From positions 26,724,001-26,788,000 of the forward strand of contig NC_058369.1 in assembly GCF_018350175.1 (NCBI RefSeq): a DNA stretch of 64,000 nucleotides. The letters run 5' to 3'. This stretch comes from Felis catus. Lineage: Eukaryota. The first letter of the stretch is position 1. Each line of letters begins with the position of its first letter. Positions 39,651 through 52,189 of the stretch are shown here, one piece after another. Both the position numbers and the translations under genes were made by a program. The notes below the pieces were generated by a model. That model had not been told where the DNA came from. It ran no database searches and saw nothing but the letters and a program-made list of their open reading frames with translations.

Positions 39651-41334
39651 AAAACTTAATAAATATATTTAAATTAAAAAAAATTTTAATTTCAATTGTT
39701 TACTGCTATAAACAACTTATATAGAAATATATAGAAATACAATTGACTTTGGTTATATCTATGCTATGTTCTGTGACCCTATAAAACTCACTTAATCTAG
39801 TAGGTTTTGTTTAGTTTTTGTAGATTGCTTAGAACTGTCTACTTAGATGATTATATTGTCTGCAAAGAGAGAAAGTTTTATTTCTTTTTTTATGATCTGT
39901 ATGTGTTTTATTTCTCTTTATTATCTTACTGCACTTGCTGGGACCTCCAATACAATGCTGAATAGAAGTAGAGTAGATAACCTTGCTTTGTTCCCTGTCT
40001 TAGGAGATAAACAGTCACTTTTTCACCACTAAGTATCATTTAGTTGTAGATTTTTTTTAATGGGAACCCTTTATCAGGTTGAAAAAGCTTCTTTCTATTC
40101 CTAGTTTGATGTAAGTTTTAATCATAAATGGCTAATGAATTTTTGTTAAAAGATTTTTCTGCATTTATTGAGATGATCTTATGATTTTTTTCTCCATTAT
40201 TCTGTTAATGTGATCACTTACACTGATTTTCAAATATAAGACCAACCTTGAATACTTGATGTTAAGGATTCATATATTTATGTTCATGAGTGATACTGAT
40301 TTATAGTTCTCTTTTGGGGATTTTAATGTCTTTGCTGGCTTTGGTATCAGAATTATGCTGACCTCATTTTATTCAATGATTTGGGAAATGTTCATTCTCC
40401 TTTATTATCTGAAAGAGTGTTTAAAATTGGTATTATTTTTTTCTTAAATGTTTGGTAGAATTATACATAAAGCCTGGATATCGATTTCTGGACCTGTATT
40501 TTCTTTGCAGGAATGTTAATTACAAATTCAATTCCTATAAATAAATATATGGCTATTTTAAATTTTAATTTCCTTTAGTATCAGTTTTAGTAATTTGTCT
40601 TTGACAGAAATTGCCCACTTCATCTAAATTGTCAAATTTAATGGCAAAATATTGTTCATAATATTCCTTTATTTTCCCTTTTCCCTTTCATTCTTGATAT
40701 TGGTAATGTGTGTACTTTTTTTCTTGATTAATATAGCTAACAGCTTATCACTTATTATATCTTTTCAAAAAACAAACTTTTGGTTTTATTTTCTCCACTG
40801 TCCATTTTTTTTATGTCATTGATATATTCTCTTGATTATTTAATTCTGCATATTTTAGATGCTTCAGATGCAGGGAAATCTGAGAGAGGAATGTTGAAAT
40901 CTTCATCTAAAATTGTGTATTTATGTTTCTCTCTTTGGATCTGTTACTTTTAGGTTTGCTATATCTTCTACATGAGATGACTCCCTCATCATTATGAAAT
41001 ATGCTTCTTTAAATAATATTCATTTTCCTGCAGTCTACTTTATCTGATATTAACATAGTCACTCTAGCTTTTTTAGAGTTAGTGCTTGCATGGTATAACC
41101 TTTTTCTTTTTAAATTTTTCACCTGTGTCTTTAGATTTAATATACCTTTCTTATAAACATTATACTATGGTATCTTGCTTTTTAATTAATCTACAATCTC
41201 TGTCTTTTAGTCAGAGAGTTTAGTCCATTTCCATTTAATGTAATTATTCTGATGTTTTTGAGTTTAGGACTACCATCTTGCTATTTGTTTTCAATCTGTC
41301 CCATCTGTTCTTTGTTTAGTTCTTTCCTATATTC

Positions 41335-41563
41335 TTTTTTTTTTTTTTAATTTTTTTTTCCAACGTTTATTTATTTTTGGGACAGAGAGAGGCAGAGCAT
41401 GAACGGGGGAGGGGCAGAGAGAGAGGGAGACACAGAATCGGAAACAGGCTCCAGGCTCTGAGCCATCAGCCCAGAGCCCGACGCGGGGCTCGAACTCCCG
41501 GACCGCGAGATCGTGACCTGGCTGAAGTCGGACGCTTAACCGACTGCGCCACCCAGGCGCCCC
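41335..41563 (-). mobile_element. Young feline SINEC_Fc SINE
   Basis: Near-consensus with CpGs intact; perfect TSD agttctttcctatattcttt. Confidence 0.94.
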
Positions 41564-43404
41564 GAGTTCTTTCCTATATTCTTTAGGATTGAATACATTT
41601 TTAGTGTCCCATTAATCTAATCAATTGGCTGATTAGTTATACTCCCCCCCTTTTTTTTAATGATTGCACTACAATTTACAATATGAATCTTTAACTTATC
41701 ACACTCTAACTTTGGGTAATAATAGAATATCTCATGCTTAAGAGACTAAAAAAACGTGTACTAATATCTCTACCATTCTTTTTGTTAATGTCATATATTT
41801 CATATATTTTTCTTCTATACCATTATTATTTTTGCTTTCAACAAATACTTTTAAAGAAATTATGATATGAATAAAGAATCTTTTAGATTCATCTACATAT
41901 TTAACATTACTGGCACTCTTCTCTAATTTACACCCACATTTCTACCTGGTACGTATTTTTTTCAGACTGAAGAACTTCCTTTAATATTTTTGTAGAGCAA
42001 GTTTGCTGGCAATAAATTCACCTTTTCAGTCTGAAAATGTTTTTATTTTGCTCCAACTTTTGAAGGATAGTTTCACCAAATAAAGAATTCCAGGTTGACA
42101 GGTTTAAAAAATTTTTTCCCCAGCATCATTCCATTATCTTCTTATTCTCATTGCTTCAGATGGGAAGCTGTGATATATTTTATCATTGTTCTCTGGTGTA
42201 TAATGTATTTTTACCTCTGGATGTTTTTTAAGATTTTCTCTTTATCATTGATCTTTAGCAATTTACGACATACCAAGGGCATGGTTTTAGGGTTGTTTCT
42301 TTTTGTTTGTTTTTTAAGTTATGATACACCATGGTGTGCTGTGGTGTGGTTTTTGAGTGATCTTCAACTCGGTTTGTTGAGCTTACTGGATCTGTGGGTA
42401 TATTTTTCAAATTAAAAAAAAATTTAACCATCATGTCTATAAATTTTCTTGTGCTCAATCTCCTTGCTTTCCTTCTACTACTATGATTATACACATATTA
42501 GACTGGCTGATACTGTTTCACAAGCCATTTGGACAGTACTCATCTCTTTTTAGGCTTTTTTCCTCCTCCCTGTGCTTTTGTTTGAATAGTTTCTATATTT
42601 CTGACTTCAATTTTATTGATATTCCACAGTGTTTAACTTGGTGTTAAGTCCAGTGAGTCTCAGTGCCATTTTCTCCATTTTTTCACTGATTTTACTTCTT
42701 AAGTCTCTTTCTTATCTGTCCTCCTCATCTACTTCTTTGCTACTACTCTGATTCAAGCTAATACGTCTCACCTACACTTCTGCATTGCCTCTTAACTGGT
42801 CACTCATATTCTAGCTTTTCCCATTCTGATATCATAGTTATTTTCTAGAATACAGATCATACTACAAAACTCCTCCATGTTAAATATTTTTTAAATTTCT
42901 AATGGGCTAAAATTCAAACTTCTCAACATGGCTTTCAATCCCCTTTATGGTTTCATCTAGCTTTCCTTTCTAGCACTGTAATTATGTACATTTGAATCAG
43001 TTAATGGATCAAATGTGACATAAACTTTCATTATTTTTGTTTTTGTGTATTCACAATTTGTCACAAACACACTATAACATCCCCCAACTTGGCTAGATAT
43101 ATCTGATATTTTCCTTTAATAGCATTTGGTTCCTAAGATTAGCTTGGTGTTCACCAGAGCCCATTATCATTCATTGTTCATGTGTTACATTTCCTCCTCT
43201 GCCATAGTATAATCTCTTGATGAGAAAGACTCTGTGTCATTTACCTTTGGATTCCTAACATTTGGCACAGACCTAGACCTGAGCAAGGACTCAATAAATA
43301 TTTGCCAACTGAAATGAACTATAAATTCAGAAGTTTGTTATGACACTATATTCATAAGTCGATAAACATGGATTTATGTCAAAAGAAAATAAAATAATAA
43401 CTAT

Positions 43405-43640
43405 ATCAACCAACATTAACTGAGTGCTTACTATGGGCTTGGCACTATTCTAGGTAATAATTGTTTTGATCCTAACAACTCCTCTAGGAAGCAGGTTCTC
43501 TTATGTCACCACGTAACTGATGAGAAAATGAAGCACAGAGAGATTAACTGACTTGGTCAAGGGCTCACAGACAGAAGTGACAACCAGAATTTGAATCCCT
43601 ACAAACTAGCTGTAGAGACCACACTTCAACTCTAACAATA
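43405..43640 (-). mobile_element. MIR SINE
   Basis: ctgagtgcttactatggg...gatgagaaaatgaagcacagagagattaactgacttggtcaagg. Confidence 0.75.
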
Positions 43641-45983
43641 TTGTGCCTATTCATGTAATTTATGAGGCAATCATCTGTTTTCCAGAACAAACATTTTTAT
43701 GTAGTTGTTCCTACTTCACATAACCATTCAGGGCCAGCAAAAGAAGGCATGGGACTGCTCTTCTTTCCCCAAATTTCTTCAACATCCATATTAAACTGAC
43801 AGGTGAGTAGAGTGAGAAAAACAGGTATTTTTAAATGATATTCTCAAAAAGGAAATGAAAACATTTACAAACCTTCAAATAAGCACCAGAAGGTTATAAA
43901 CATTCTCTAGTATCTTAAATGTATATCTAAATGATCTTGTGTCTAAATAAACCTGCTTCCTCTATTTCCTTCTCATTCAGTGACACTCAAGAAATTAAAT
44001 ACTGTTAAAAACCAAAAACTTCTATATCACTAGCTTTATGGGAAAAATGATCTTTGAAGGGAAGTTTTAAAAACATTATACCACATTTTCAGTTTGTAAT
44101 AAAAGCCATAACATAATCCAACAGAGTTGTGGTTAAAGAAAGTACAACCTCTAAAGAATTGTCATTTAAATGACAAACACTGGGTATTTGAGTGGTAAAG
44201 GTTACTAAAAGATTTTGGCATTATAATTTATCATACCACTTCCTTATAGCTCCAATGAATGATTCATGCTCAATGATATTTCATACCTGAACTTCCTATT
44301 CAGATACAATTAGATATACTATACATTAATGTATACTTTGGTGGCAAGACATTGATGTTCATCTGATACCATCACCAACTAACTAAAATTATATTGAAAA
44401 AGAAGATTGATTTCAGTGAGTCTTGACTAAGTGGCTATCTCCATTGTTTAATCTGATGGTTATTAATTTTTCAAATTGCTCTTACCATTGAAAACCTAAG
44501 TTAAAAGAAGAAATTGTTGTAATTTAAATGTTAAAGTGAATCACTCATAATTAAGAATAACATGAAAAAAAAATTTTATTTGAAAGGTTGAACATTTAAT
44601 GGTAACTGGAATAGTAAGTGGCCTATACATAAATATTCATATTGGTGTGGCTATAAGAATATTTATTTGCTGCCTTTGGCTATGTAAAGGTTTTAGCTAA
44701 AGAACCAAGCAAAGTGGAGTATTTAGCAATTATCCTCTAAATTGAGGTTGCAAACTGTATGTTCAGAGGGCCTATGTAGATAACCCAAATGTATGAAGCA
44801 GGAAGGGTCTGAGTGCACCTGCATTCTTTATGAGTGGAGAGAACTAAACTTCACACAGAGCTCAAAGCTCTGTTAAAAGTGTGCAGTTGCCACTCGGCTT
44901 CAGCTGACTGCTCACTGCACAACAGACAATATTGACAATTTCTGATTTATAAATGTTAGCTAAAGAGCTTTAAAAATACTGCGCTTCAAAGTTTATCACC
45001 AAAGTATCTACAGTTCCTAAGAAAGTAGATGTGAACAAAGTTTTGGCAAAAAGCAGAGAACTAGAGCAACACCACACCAACACCAAGGAGGATCCTAGCA
45101 ATGGCATTCTGAATGGGTGGTGCTCTCTCTCATCTTACTTCTTGCTATAGAAGGTTCCCCTAAAACACGGTTCAGCTTTAATTCGATAAGGGCCCAATGG
45201 GAATAGACTGCATTAACAGTGGAAATGAAAGACACTCTGCTGCTGTAGCATCTCTTGGATTGAGGGGAAAGGAGTATAAGTTTTAGAACTGAATTTTTAA
45301 ATATCTGTTTGAATAGTACAGAATACTTCTGGGATTATCAAGTACATTTAGAAAGGTACATGACAAACTCATTTATTTTCTCTCCCATGTCAGGAGACAC
45401 AGTAAGATTTGCCAATTTGGTTGAACAAATATTTATGGAGCACTTACTACATGCCATGTACTTATAGGGACTAGGGATAAAAGTCAATTAAGACAAGCTT
45501 ATAGTCTAAAGGCGGGGAGATACATAAGCAAATATGATTTAGGTACAGACTGAAGAAGGGTTATGAAGATCATGAATTTGCGAATGGCAATGGTGAACTA
45601 TACCCCAAATATCTAAACCACAGAGGGGATATCATGGAGGGCTTCCTGGAAGATACAGCAACTAAAGACCAAACTGAAGCTATAATCCTTATCTATGACT
45701 TAAGACTGTGCCAGGCACTGTTCTAAAAGCCTCATGTTTATATACTTGTGTAAATCTCCACAACAATCTTACTAGGATGTATATCTCATATTATCTGCAT
45801 TTTATAGATGAGGAAAATGAACAGAAACTTGCACAGGGTCACATAACTAGTAACTGTCAGAATTCAGATACTATGCTCTTAACTTCTATATATTACTTAT
45901 GGGTTTGTATTTAACAAAATATAAAATAATTAGAATACATTACAAGCAGTTATGACTTGGTGATTTCACTGGGATGGGGAATG

Positions 45984-46151
45984 CTATAGAAAAAAATGTC
46001 TTATCTTTGCTTATTGCTTAGGACTATCTCAAATGTAAGTGAACAATTCTTTCCAGATTCAACCAGAACACTATAGAAAAAATATTTTATCTTTGCTTAT
46101 TGCTTAGAACTATCTCAAATATAAGTGAACAATTCTTTCTAGATTCAACCA
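45984..46151. repeat. Two-copy tandem duplication, period about 87 bp
   Basis: ctatagaaaaaa...ttatctttgcttattgcttag...gtgaacaattctttc(c/t)agattcaacca occurs twice with a few substitutions. Confidence 0.9.
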
Positions 46152-46566
46152 CATTGAGGAAAAAGTTCTAGATATGTTACAAATATTATGACTGCTTTGC
46201 CTTTTAAAATTCAGCATGACTTAAACTTACCTAAAATAGCGACCAATTTGCTTTCTTCACACCAGGATTTTTTAAAAACTACATGTAACTATTCTCCACT
46301 GAGTCATCTAACTGGAGAGTGGGAAGATGAGGTAGATGAATCAAAGAACACTGCCCCACAGGACCTATTACACATATTACTATTTATTCTTTAGTTTCGG
46401 CAGTACACTTATATCGTTAGATACCTGGTGCTGCTAGCACAAATTCATGTGACTTATTTATTAAATAAGAAATATTGGTCAATCAAGTTCACTTGCGATG
46501 TTATCAAGGTTCACTTGTAAAGAAAGATAGTATTTGATTTTCAAATACTGTATTCCTACAAATAAC

Positions 46567-46568
<2 letters not shown>

Positions 46569-46614
<46 letters not shown>
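46569..46614. repeat. (TG)n microsatellite
   Basis: Visible dinucleotide run. Confidence 0.95.
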
Positions 46615-46615
<1 letters not shown>

Positions 46616-46889
46616 ATTATAGCCATGTACAGAATGATCAGTTAAAATTTAAGAAAATATCTAGAACTTCAGTTAATTAACTGACAAAGGGGACTGAACC
46701 CACAAAAGCAAGGTAAAGACAGATTTGATTCATTTAACCGCACACAGAAAAGTATATTGGTCTCACATACAATTTAACTCTTGGAAACCACCTAACATTG
46801 AACTCTAAAAAATCTTAGATGAATAAGGAAATCATACTTAAACATAGAAGGGTGAATGCAATTTTATATTATTATAAATGAATTATGCA

Positions 46890-48200
46890 CCACTAATTGC
46901 CCTGTTACAGACTCCAACTCTATTACATGTACAGTGAGTTTTACATTGCCTTCTTACATTTGCATGTTGTTAGAGGACTTTTATTTCTACTCAAAGAACT
47001 CCCTTTAGCATTTATTGTAAGACAGGTTTAGTGGTAATGAATTCCATCAGCTTTTGTTTGTCTGGGAAAGTCTTTATCCCTCCATTGTTTCTGAAAGACA
47101 GCTTTGCTAGGTATCGTATTCTTGGTTGATTCTAAGTTTTTTTTTTAATATTTATCAATATCTCTTTTATATTTATCATATTCTCTTCTCGCCTGAAAGG
47201 CTTCTGTTGAAAAATCTCCCCATAGTTTTACGGGAATTCCTTTGTATGTAACTTTTCTCTTTTCTCTTGTTGCTTTTAAAATTCTTTCTTTGACTCAACA
47301 TGTAATTGTAATATGTCTGTAATATGTCTGTGTAGTCTTATTTGGGGTTCTTTGGGCCTCTTGGATCTGGATATCTATTTCTCTCCCCATGTTTGGGAAG
47401 TTTTGAGCCATTACTGATTTAAATACACCTTCTATCCTTTTCTCTTTCTCTTCTTCTTCTGGAATTCCCATAATGTGAATATTGGGAATATTCCCATAAT
47501 GTAAATTTTCCTTGTGTCTCATAATTCTCATAGGGTTTTTTCACTCTTTGTCATTTCATTTCACTTTTTACTCCCCTGACTGGATAATTTCAATTGCCTT
47601 GTCCTCCAGGTCACTCATTCTTTTTTCTGCATGGTTGAATCGCTTTTGAAGCTCTCCACTGAATTCTTCAGTTCAACTTCCTATATTTTTCAGCTCTAGC
47701 ATTTATATTAGTTTATTTTTGATGTTTTCTATTCCTTTGTCAAAAATCCTGTGCTGTGTGTAGTTTGTTTTCCTAAGTTCATTGAGTTGTCTGTCTGTAT
47801 GTTCTTGTAGGTCACCAAACTTCTTTAAGAAGATTATTCTGGGGGCGCCTGGGTGGCTCAGTCGGTTGGGCGTCTGACTTCAGCTCAGGTCATGATCTCA
47901 CGGTTCGTGGGTTCGAGCACTGCGTCGGGTTCTGTGCTGACAGTGCAGAGCCTGGAGCCTGTTTCGGATTCTGTGTCTCCCTCTCTCTCTGCCCCACCCC
48001 TGTTCACACTCTGTCTCTGTCTCAAGAATAAATAAACATTTAAAAAAAAAGAAGATTATTCTGAATTCTTTGTCTGACACATCACAGATCTCCATTTGTT
48101 TAGAATCAGTTATTAGAGCTTTATTAGTTTCCAGGTGTCATATTCACCTGACTTTTCATGATCCTTCCTTATACTGGCATCCATACATTTGAGTAAGTGG
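46890..48200 (-). mobile_element. L1 ORF1/inter-ORF fragment
   Basis: ORF 47295..47531 (NIHIMGIPEEEEKEKRIEGVFKSVMAQNFPNMGREIDIQIQEAQRTPNK) is an L1 ORF1p RRM-region remnant. Confidence 0.85.
47841..48050 (+). mobile_element. Feliform CAN-SINE
   Basis: TSD aagaagattattct on both sides. Confidence 0.93.
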
Positions 48201-48966
48201 TAAAAGGTTTCTTCTAAAATAAATGTATTTAAGATCCCCAAAGGTGAGTTATTTAAAGGAAAGTATTAATCACAGGTTGTACACAAACATGGTAAAGTCA
48301 TGAGAGTAGTACTAAAATAACTGAAGTTTGAGAAAGACTAGTCAAGTCATATCAGGCTCAAATTTCTTGGCCTGTAACCTACAGTTTACATCTCCATACA
48401 TTATTGCTGCTTTAGGTCTCAGAGGTTACACAATAGGCATAAAATCTCCCAACCTATATCTGACTGTTGTATTACAGGACTGCTGTTTCCTTAAGGCTAT
48501 TTTTTGAAAATCTGGCCACAATGATTAATCATTCTTTGTTCTCCAAATGTGTACCAATTTCCAGCCTTCAAGCTTCTGTTCATGCTGTTCCTTCTGCTTG
48601 GAATGCTCACTTCCCTTCTCTATCTGTTGAATTCTTACAGTCCTTCAAAGGCCCAACTAACTGTAATCTTCTTCATGCAGCCTTTCCTCATCCTGCAGTC
48701 AGATGGGCTTCTTTCCCTTTCATGGTACCAGTAGAACTTCTCTCTTCACTGAGCTTTCTATCAGTTTTGGTAATATTCCAGATGCTCAAATAATTATATT
48801 CTCCCACCTAGTGGATTTTAAGCTCTTTCATGGCAGGGAAAGGAAGAGTATGCATTTTATTCATTTTTATATACTTAACAAAGTACCTTATACACAGAGT
48901 AGGCCCATAATTAGTATTTGCTGAATTTAAATTTAATATTTTAAGCAACATTCATGTGACACTTAC

Positions 48967-49081
48967 AATTTTGCGCTTGATCATGAAAAGTGGGATTTTT
49001 GCATGGAGAGGAGTTGAGGACAGTTCCTTATGGACCGTTGATAAATACAATCTTCTTTTAATGTTCCCTAAATCAGTAATT
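48967..49081 (-). CDS. CFAP20DC: CFAP20DC coding exon (probably exon 5), part of the CFA20/DUF667 domain; 115 nt, phase 2 to 0
   Basis: Minus strand: cttttctttcttttttcag|A ATT ACT GAT...CGC AAA ATT|gtaagt. Translates [38 protein letters not shown], matching my recollection of human CFAP20DC/C3orf67. Joins in frame to the exon at 23969. Exon number is inferred. Confidence 0.95.
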
Positions 49082-50006
49082 CTGAAAAAAGAAAGAAAAG
49101 AGAAAGATTTTCATCAATATAATAACTGCTGCTTTGGATAATCATCAAAATGATATAGTTTATCATATAGGCCCTTTCCAATAGGGAGATCAAACACAGA
49201 ATTTAAGAACTGCCTTTTTTTTTCTTTCAAGGAGTAATAAAGTTTCTTCCTTAAATTCAAAGTGCTCACAAGCCTGAATGTATAAATTCACTTAATATGC
49301 TAATTTATTTCAGTACTCTACACTAGATTTCCACAGTCTTCTAGCCTATGAAAAAATTCAATTTGTATGAACTGAGAAACTGCTAGTTTTTAATAACCAT
49401 GCTTGTTCCAGCCCCTTAAGCTTGTGTTATCTTGGGACATACTGTCACCTACTAAATAGGAAAACATTATGGGTTTCTTTCCCTAGAAATGCACCTGTCA
49501 TTTTATATAGGCTCTTAGTCTGCTTAGAGACAGACACAAAACACTGACTGTCGGTTTCACTTCCTAAGCACATATCTTCAAACCAGAATTATAATACACA
49601 AGTTTATTGCTCACTATTCAGGTCAAGCCGCAGTGATACCAAGGACACTGAATTTGAACATCTTTAATAGATTTAGACCACAGCCATGATCACAAAGATT
49701 AGGTTTGCTTCAAATTGATAGAGGCTCATTTTTATGTTCTGCTTCCTTTAGGTCTCAGAGGCAACAGGAGGCTTAAAATCTCCAAACCTGTCTCAGGCTG
49801 CTATATGGTAGAGTTGATGCTTATTAAAGACTGTCTTTTTACCGGAGAATAGTGATGTTTCTACCCTTTTTAGCAACTTTATCTACATGTACAAACTGCT
49901 AATTTTCTACAATTAGTAATCCCCCAAGCTGACAACATTTCATTCAAATGAACTACTATTAATATTTACAGTGTAATTAAATATTTTAAGTCAACATAGC
50001 CTTTTC

Positions 50007-50129
50007 TTTTTTAAAAGATGTTTATTTATTTCACTTGATCTTAGCCAAAAGGCCGAGAAGCGATAAGATGTTTATTTATTTATTTGGAAAGAGAGAGAGA
50101 GTGTGCATGCAAGTGGGGGGGGGGGGGGC

Positions 50130-50180
<51 letters not shown>

Positions 50181-50316
50181 GAGAGAATCCCAAGCAGGCT
50201 CTGTGCTATCAGCGCAGAGTGCAATATAGGGCTTGATCTTACAAATTGTGAGATCATGACCTGAGAGCCAAAATCAAAAGTCAGATGCTTACCCAACTGA
50301 GCCACTCAAGTGCTCC
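50007..50316 (-). mobile_element. CAN-SINE whose A-rich tail is interrupted by the U2 fragment
   Basis: TSD caacat(a/g)gccttttct on both sides. Confidence 0.9.
50032..50064 (-). pseudogene. 3'-truncated (tailless) U2 snRNA retrocopy, nt 1-33
   Basis: Reverse complement reads ATCGCTTCTCGGCCTTTTGGCTAAGATCAAGTG, identical to the U2 5' end. Flanked by a perfect 17-bp duplication aagatgtttatttattt (50015-50031 and 50065-50081). Confidence 0.95.
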
Positions 50317-51912
50317 AACATGGCCTTTTCTATAGCTTTTTCCTTATCTCCCTTCCTACTTTTCTAATCTCATTATTTCTTCCCTCTAAAATACATATTC
50401 TTCTGTAGAAAAACTATCAGTGAACAATGTTAAGAATAAATACAGTAAAAATTAGATGAGATGAATTCAGAGTATGCCCCACCTAAAAATTATACCCTAC
50501 CTGCACTAAACAATACTATAAATTTATTTAAAAAGCAATAAAGCCTTTCAATCCATAGTCAGAGGTAAGGTTAAAATGCAAAAGTGTTAAGCTTGCTGCA
50601 GTTTTATATTTAGATGTATAAGTAAATATAGTATAATATTTGCCCCAAGGCAGTGTCTTCAAAGTGGGATGAGCACACGGGGAGGTGGGGTGGTTAGAGC
50701 TATCTTTCATCCCATCCTTTACAAATATTATTTTTGTGCACATTTCCAAATAAATGTGTTTTTGAAATAAATAAATGTACCTATGTGGTTAGTGTGCTCA
50801 AACATTTTACCAATAGGGCACAGGATCAAATATGTTTGGAAAGCATTGTCATGTTATTAGGTCTCTTGTGTAAGAAGCTCTGATTAGAAAAATAGAAGGA
50901 AAACCATATTGGGATTCTGGAAAAGGAGAGGGAAGAAAAAGTTCCCTCACATCATACAAAAAGTTTGGTTGCACCAACCAAAACTCAGTTGAGCACAATC
51001 TTATTAAAGCTCTGCTTTGCTTATAGAGAAAAGACTATGTCATTTTTATTTGAATTGGTAAGGATCAAACTCCAGAAGAATGTTTGAGCAGACTACCATT
51101 TTATCAACATACAGAACTACAGGAACATTCATTCATTCACATATTTAAGAAAAAGCTCACTGAACCAGACAGTATCCTGGGAGTACACTGGGGAATATGA
51201 TGGTGAGAAAAGCAAGGTAAAAAAGGAGAAAGAGAAAAAATAAATGCCAGTTCTCCTAAATGCAATGAAGAAAACAAAGAAGAGACAGAATTAGATAACA
51301 TCAAGAAATGATCTACTTTATAATAAAGCCAGCAGGGTTAGGTAGGACCTAGGAGGTAAAAAGAGGGCATAAAGTAGAAAGGGTAGCCTAGAGCCAAATC
51401 ATGCAGGGTCTTTAGCCAAGGTAAAGGGTTTTATAAATTTACTGTTCACACTAGGAGAGTCAACATTCCACCTTGCATGATGAATGGATATCATAAAAAC
51501 AAATAATTATAGTCTCTTTGATTTCTTTATTTTATATGTATAACTGAAATGAGGATTTTAGAGTACAATCTCATGTGCTTTGATAAATGTATACACTGAT
51601 GTAATCACCACTCCAAACAAAATATAGAACATTTCCATCACTTTAGAAAGTTCTCTCTTGGCCCCCTCTCATCAATCATCACTCCTGATTTCTAAAATCA
51701 TGTCTAAGTTTTGTCTGTTCTCAAAATTCTTATAAATGAAATGGTGTAGCATATACTCTTCTGTGACTGGCTTTTTCACTTAACATGACATTTTTGAGAT
51801 TTATCCATGTTGTAACATGCACCAATGGTTCCTTTCTTTAATTGGTGAGGCTTGTATGGCTATGCAATTTATATATCCATTCTCTTGTTGATGGATACTT
51901 ATTTCTGGTATG

Positions 51913-52189
51913 GGTTTCTCATAAATAAGACCTGTCTGAATATGCCTGTGAGTTTTTTTGAGAACAAGTATTTTCATTCTCTTGATAACTAGGAATGGGA
52001 TTACTGGGTAGTTGGGGAATAAATATGTATAATTTTATAGACTCTATAGATATTTTATAGGTTTCTCATAAATAAGACCTGTCTGAATATGCCTGTAGAG
52101 TCTTTTTGTGAACAAGTATTTTTATTCTCTTGATAACTAGGAATGGGATTACTGGGTAGTTGGGGAATAAGTATGTACAATTTTATAGA
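51913..52189. repeat. Two-copy near-tandem duplication (about 129 bp) within an L1
   Basis: ggtttctcataaataagacctgtctgaatatgcctg...aattttataga at 51913-52041 and 52060-52189, with several mismatches. Confidence 0.9.

Larger units (their letters stand above)
37500..42650 (-). mobile_element. Long, degraded old L1 (3'UTR through ORF2 into the ORF1 region) carrying three SINE insertions
   Basis: Continuous T-rich L1 antisense homology, e.g. gattactgtagctttatac, tattgtctgcaaagagagaaagtttt, ttcttaaatgtttggtagaatt. ORF 37846..38109 (IDPIIPLLGVYP). Confidence 0.8.

Noticed and set aside
45984..46151. Repeat-spacer or CRISPR-like arrays
   Set aside because: Only two-copy duplications in eukaryotic intron DNA; no spacers or associated genes.
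15860..48250. Isolated strong plus-strand donors (e.g. near 17355, 23290, 43803, 48244) as antisense lncRNA exons
   Set aside because: Such 9-mers occur by chance at this frequency, and no exon chain can be supported without transcript data.
50648..50850. Possible hAT-type MITEs (also about 44743-44980) and scattered L2 fragments
   Set aside because: Too degenerate to assign a family or boundaries by eye.
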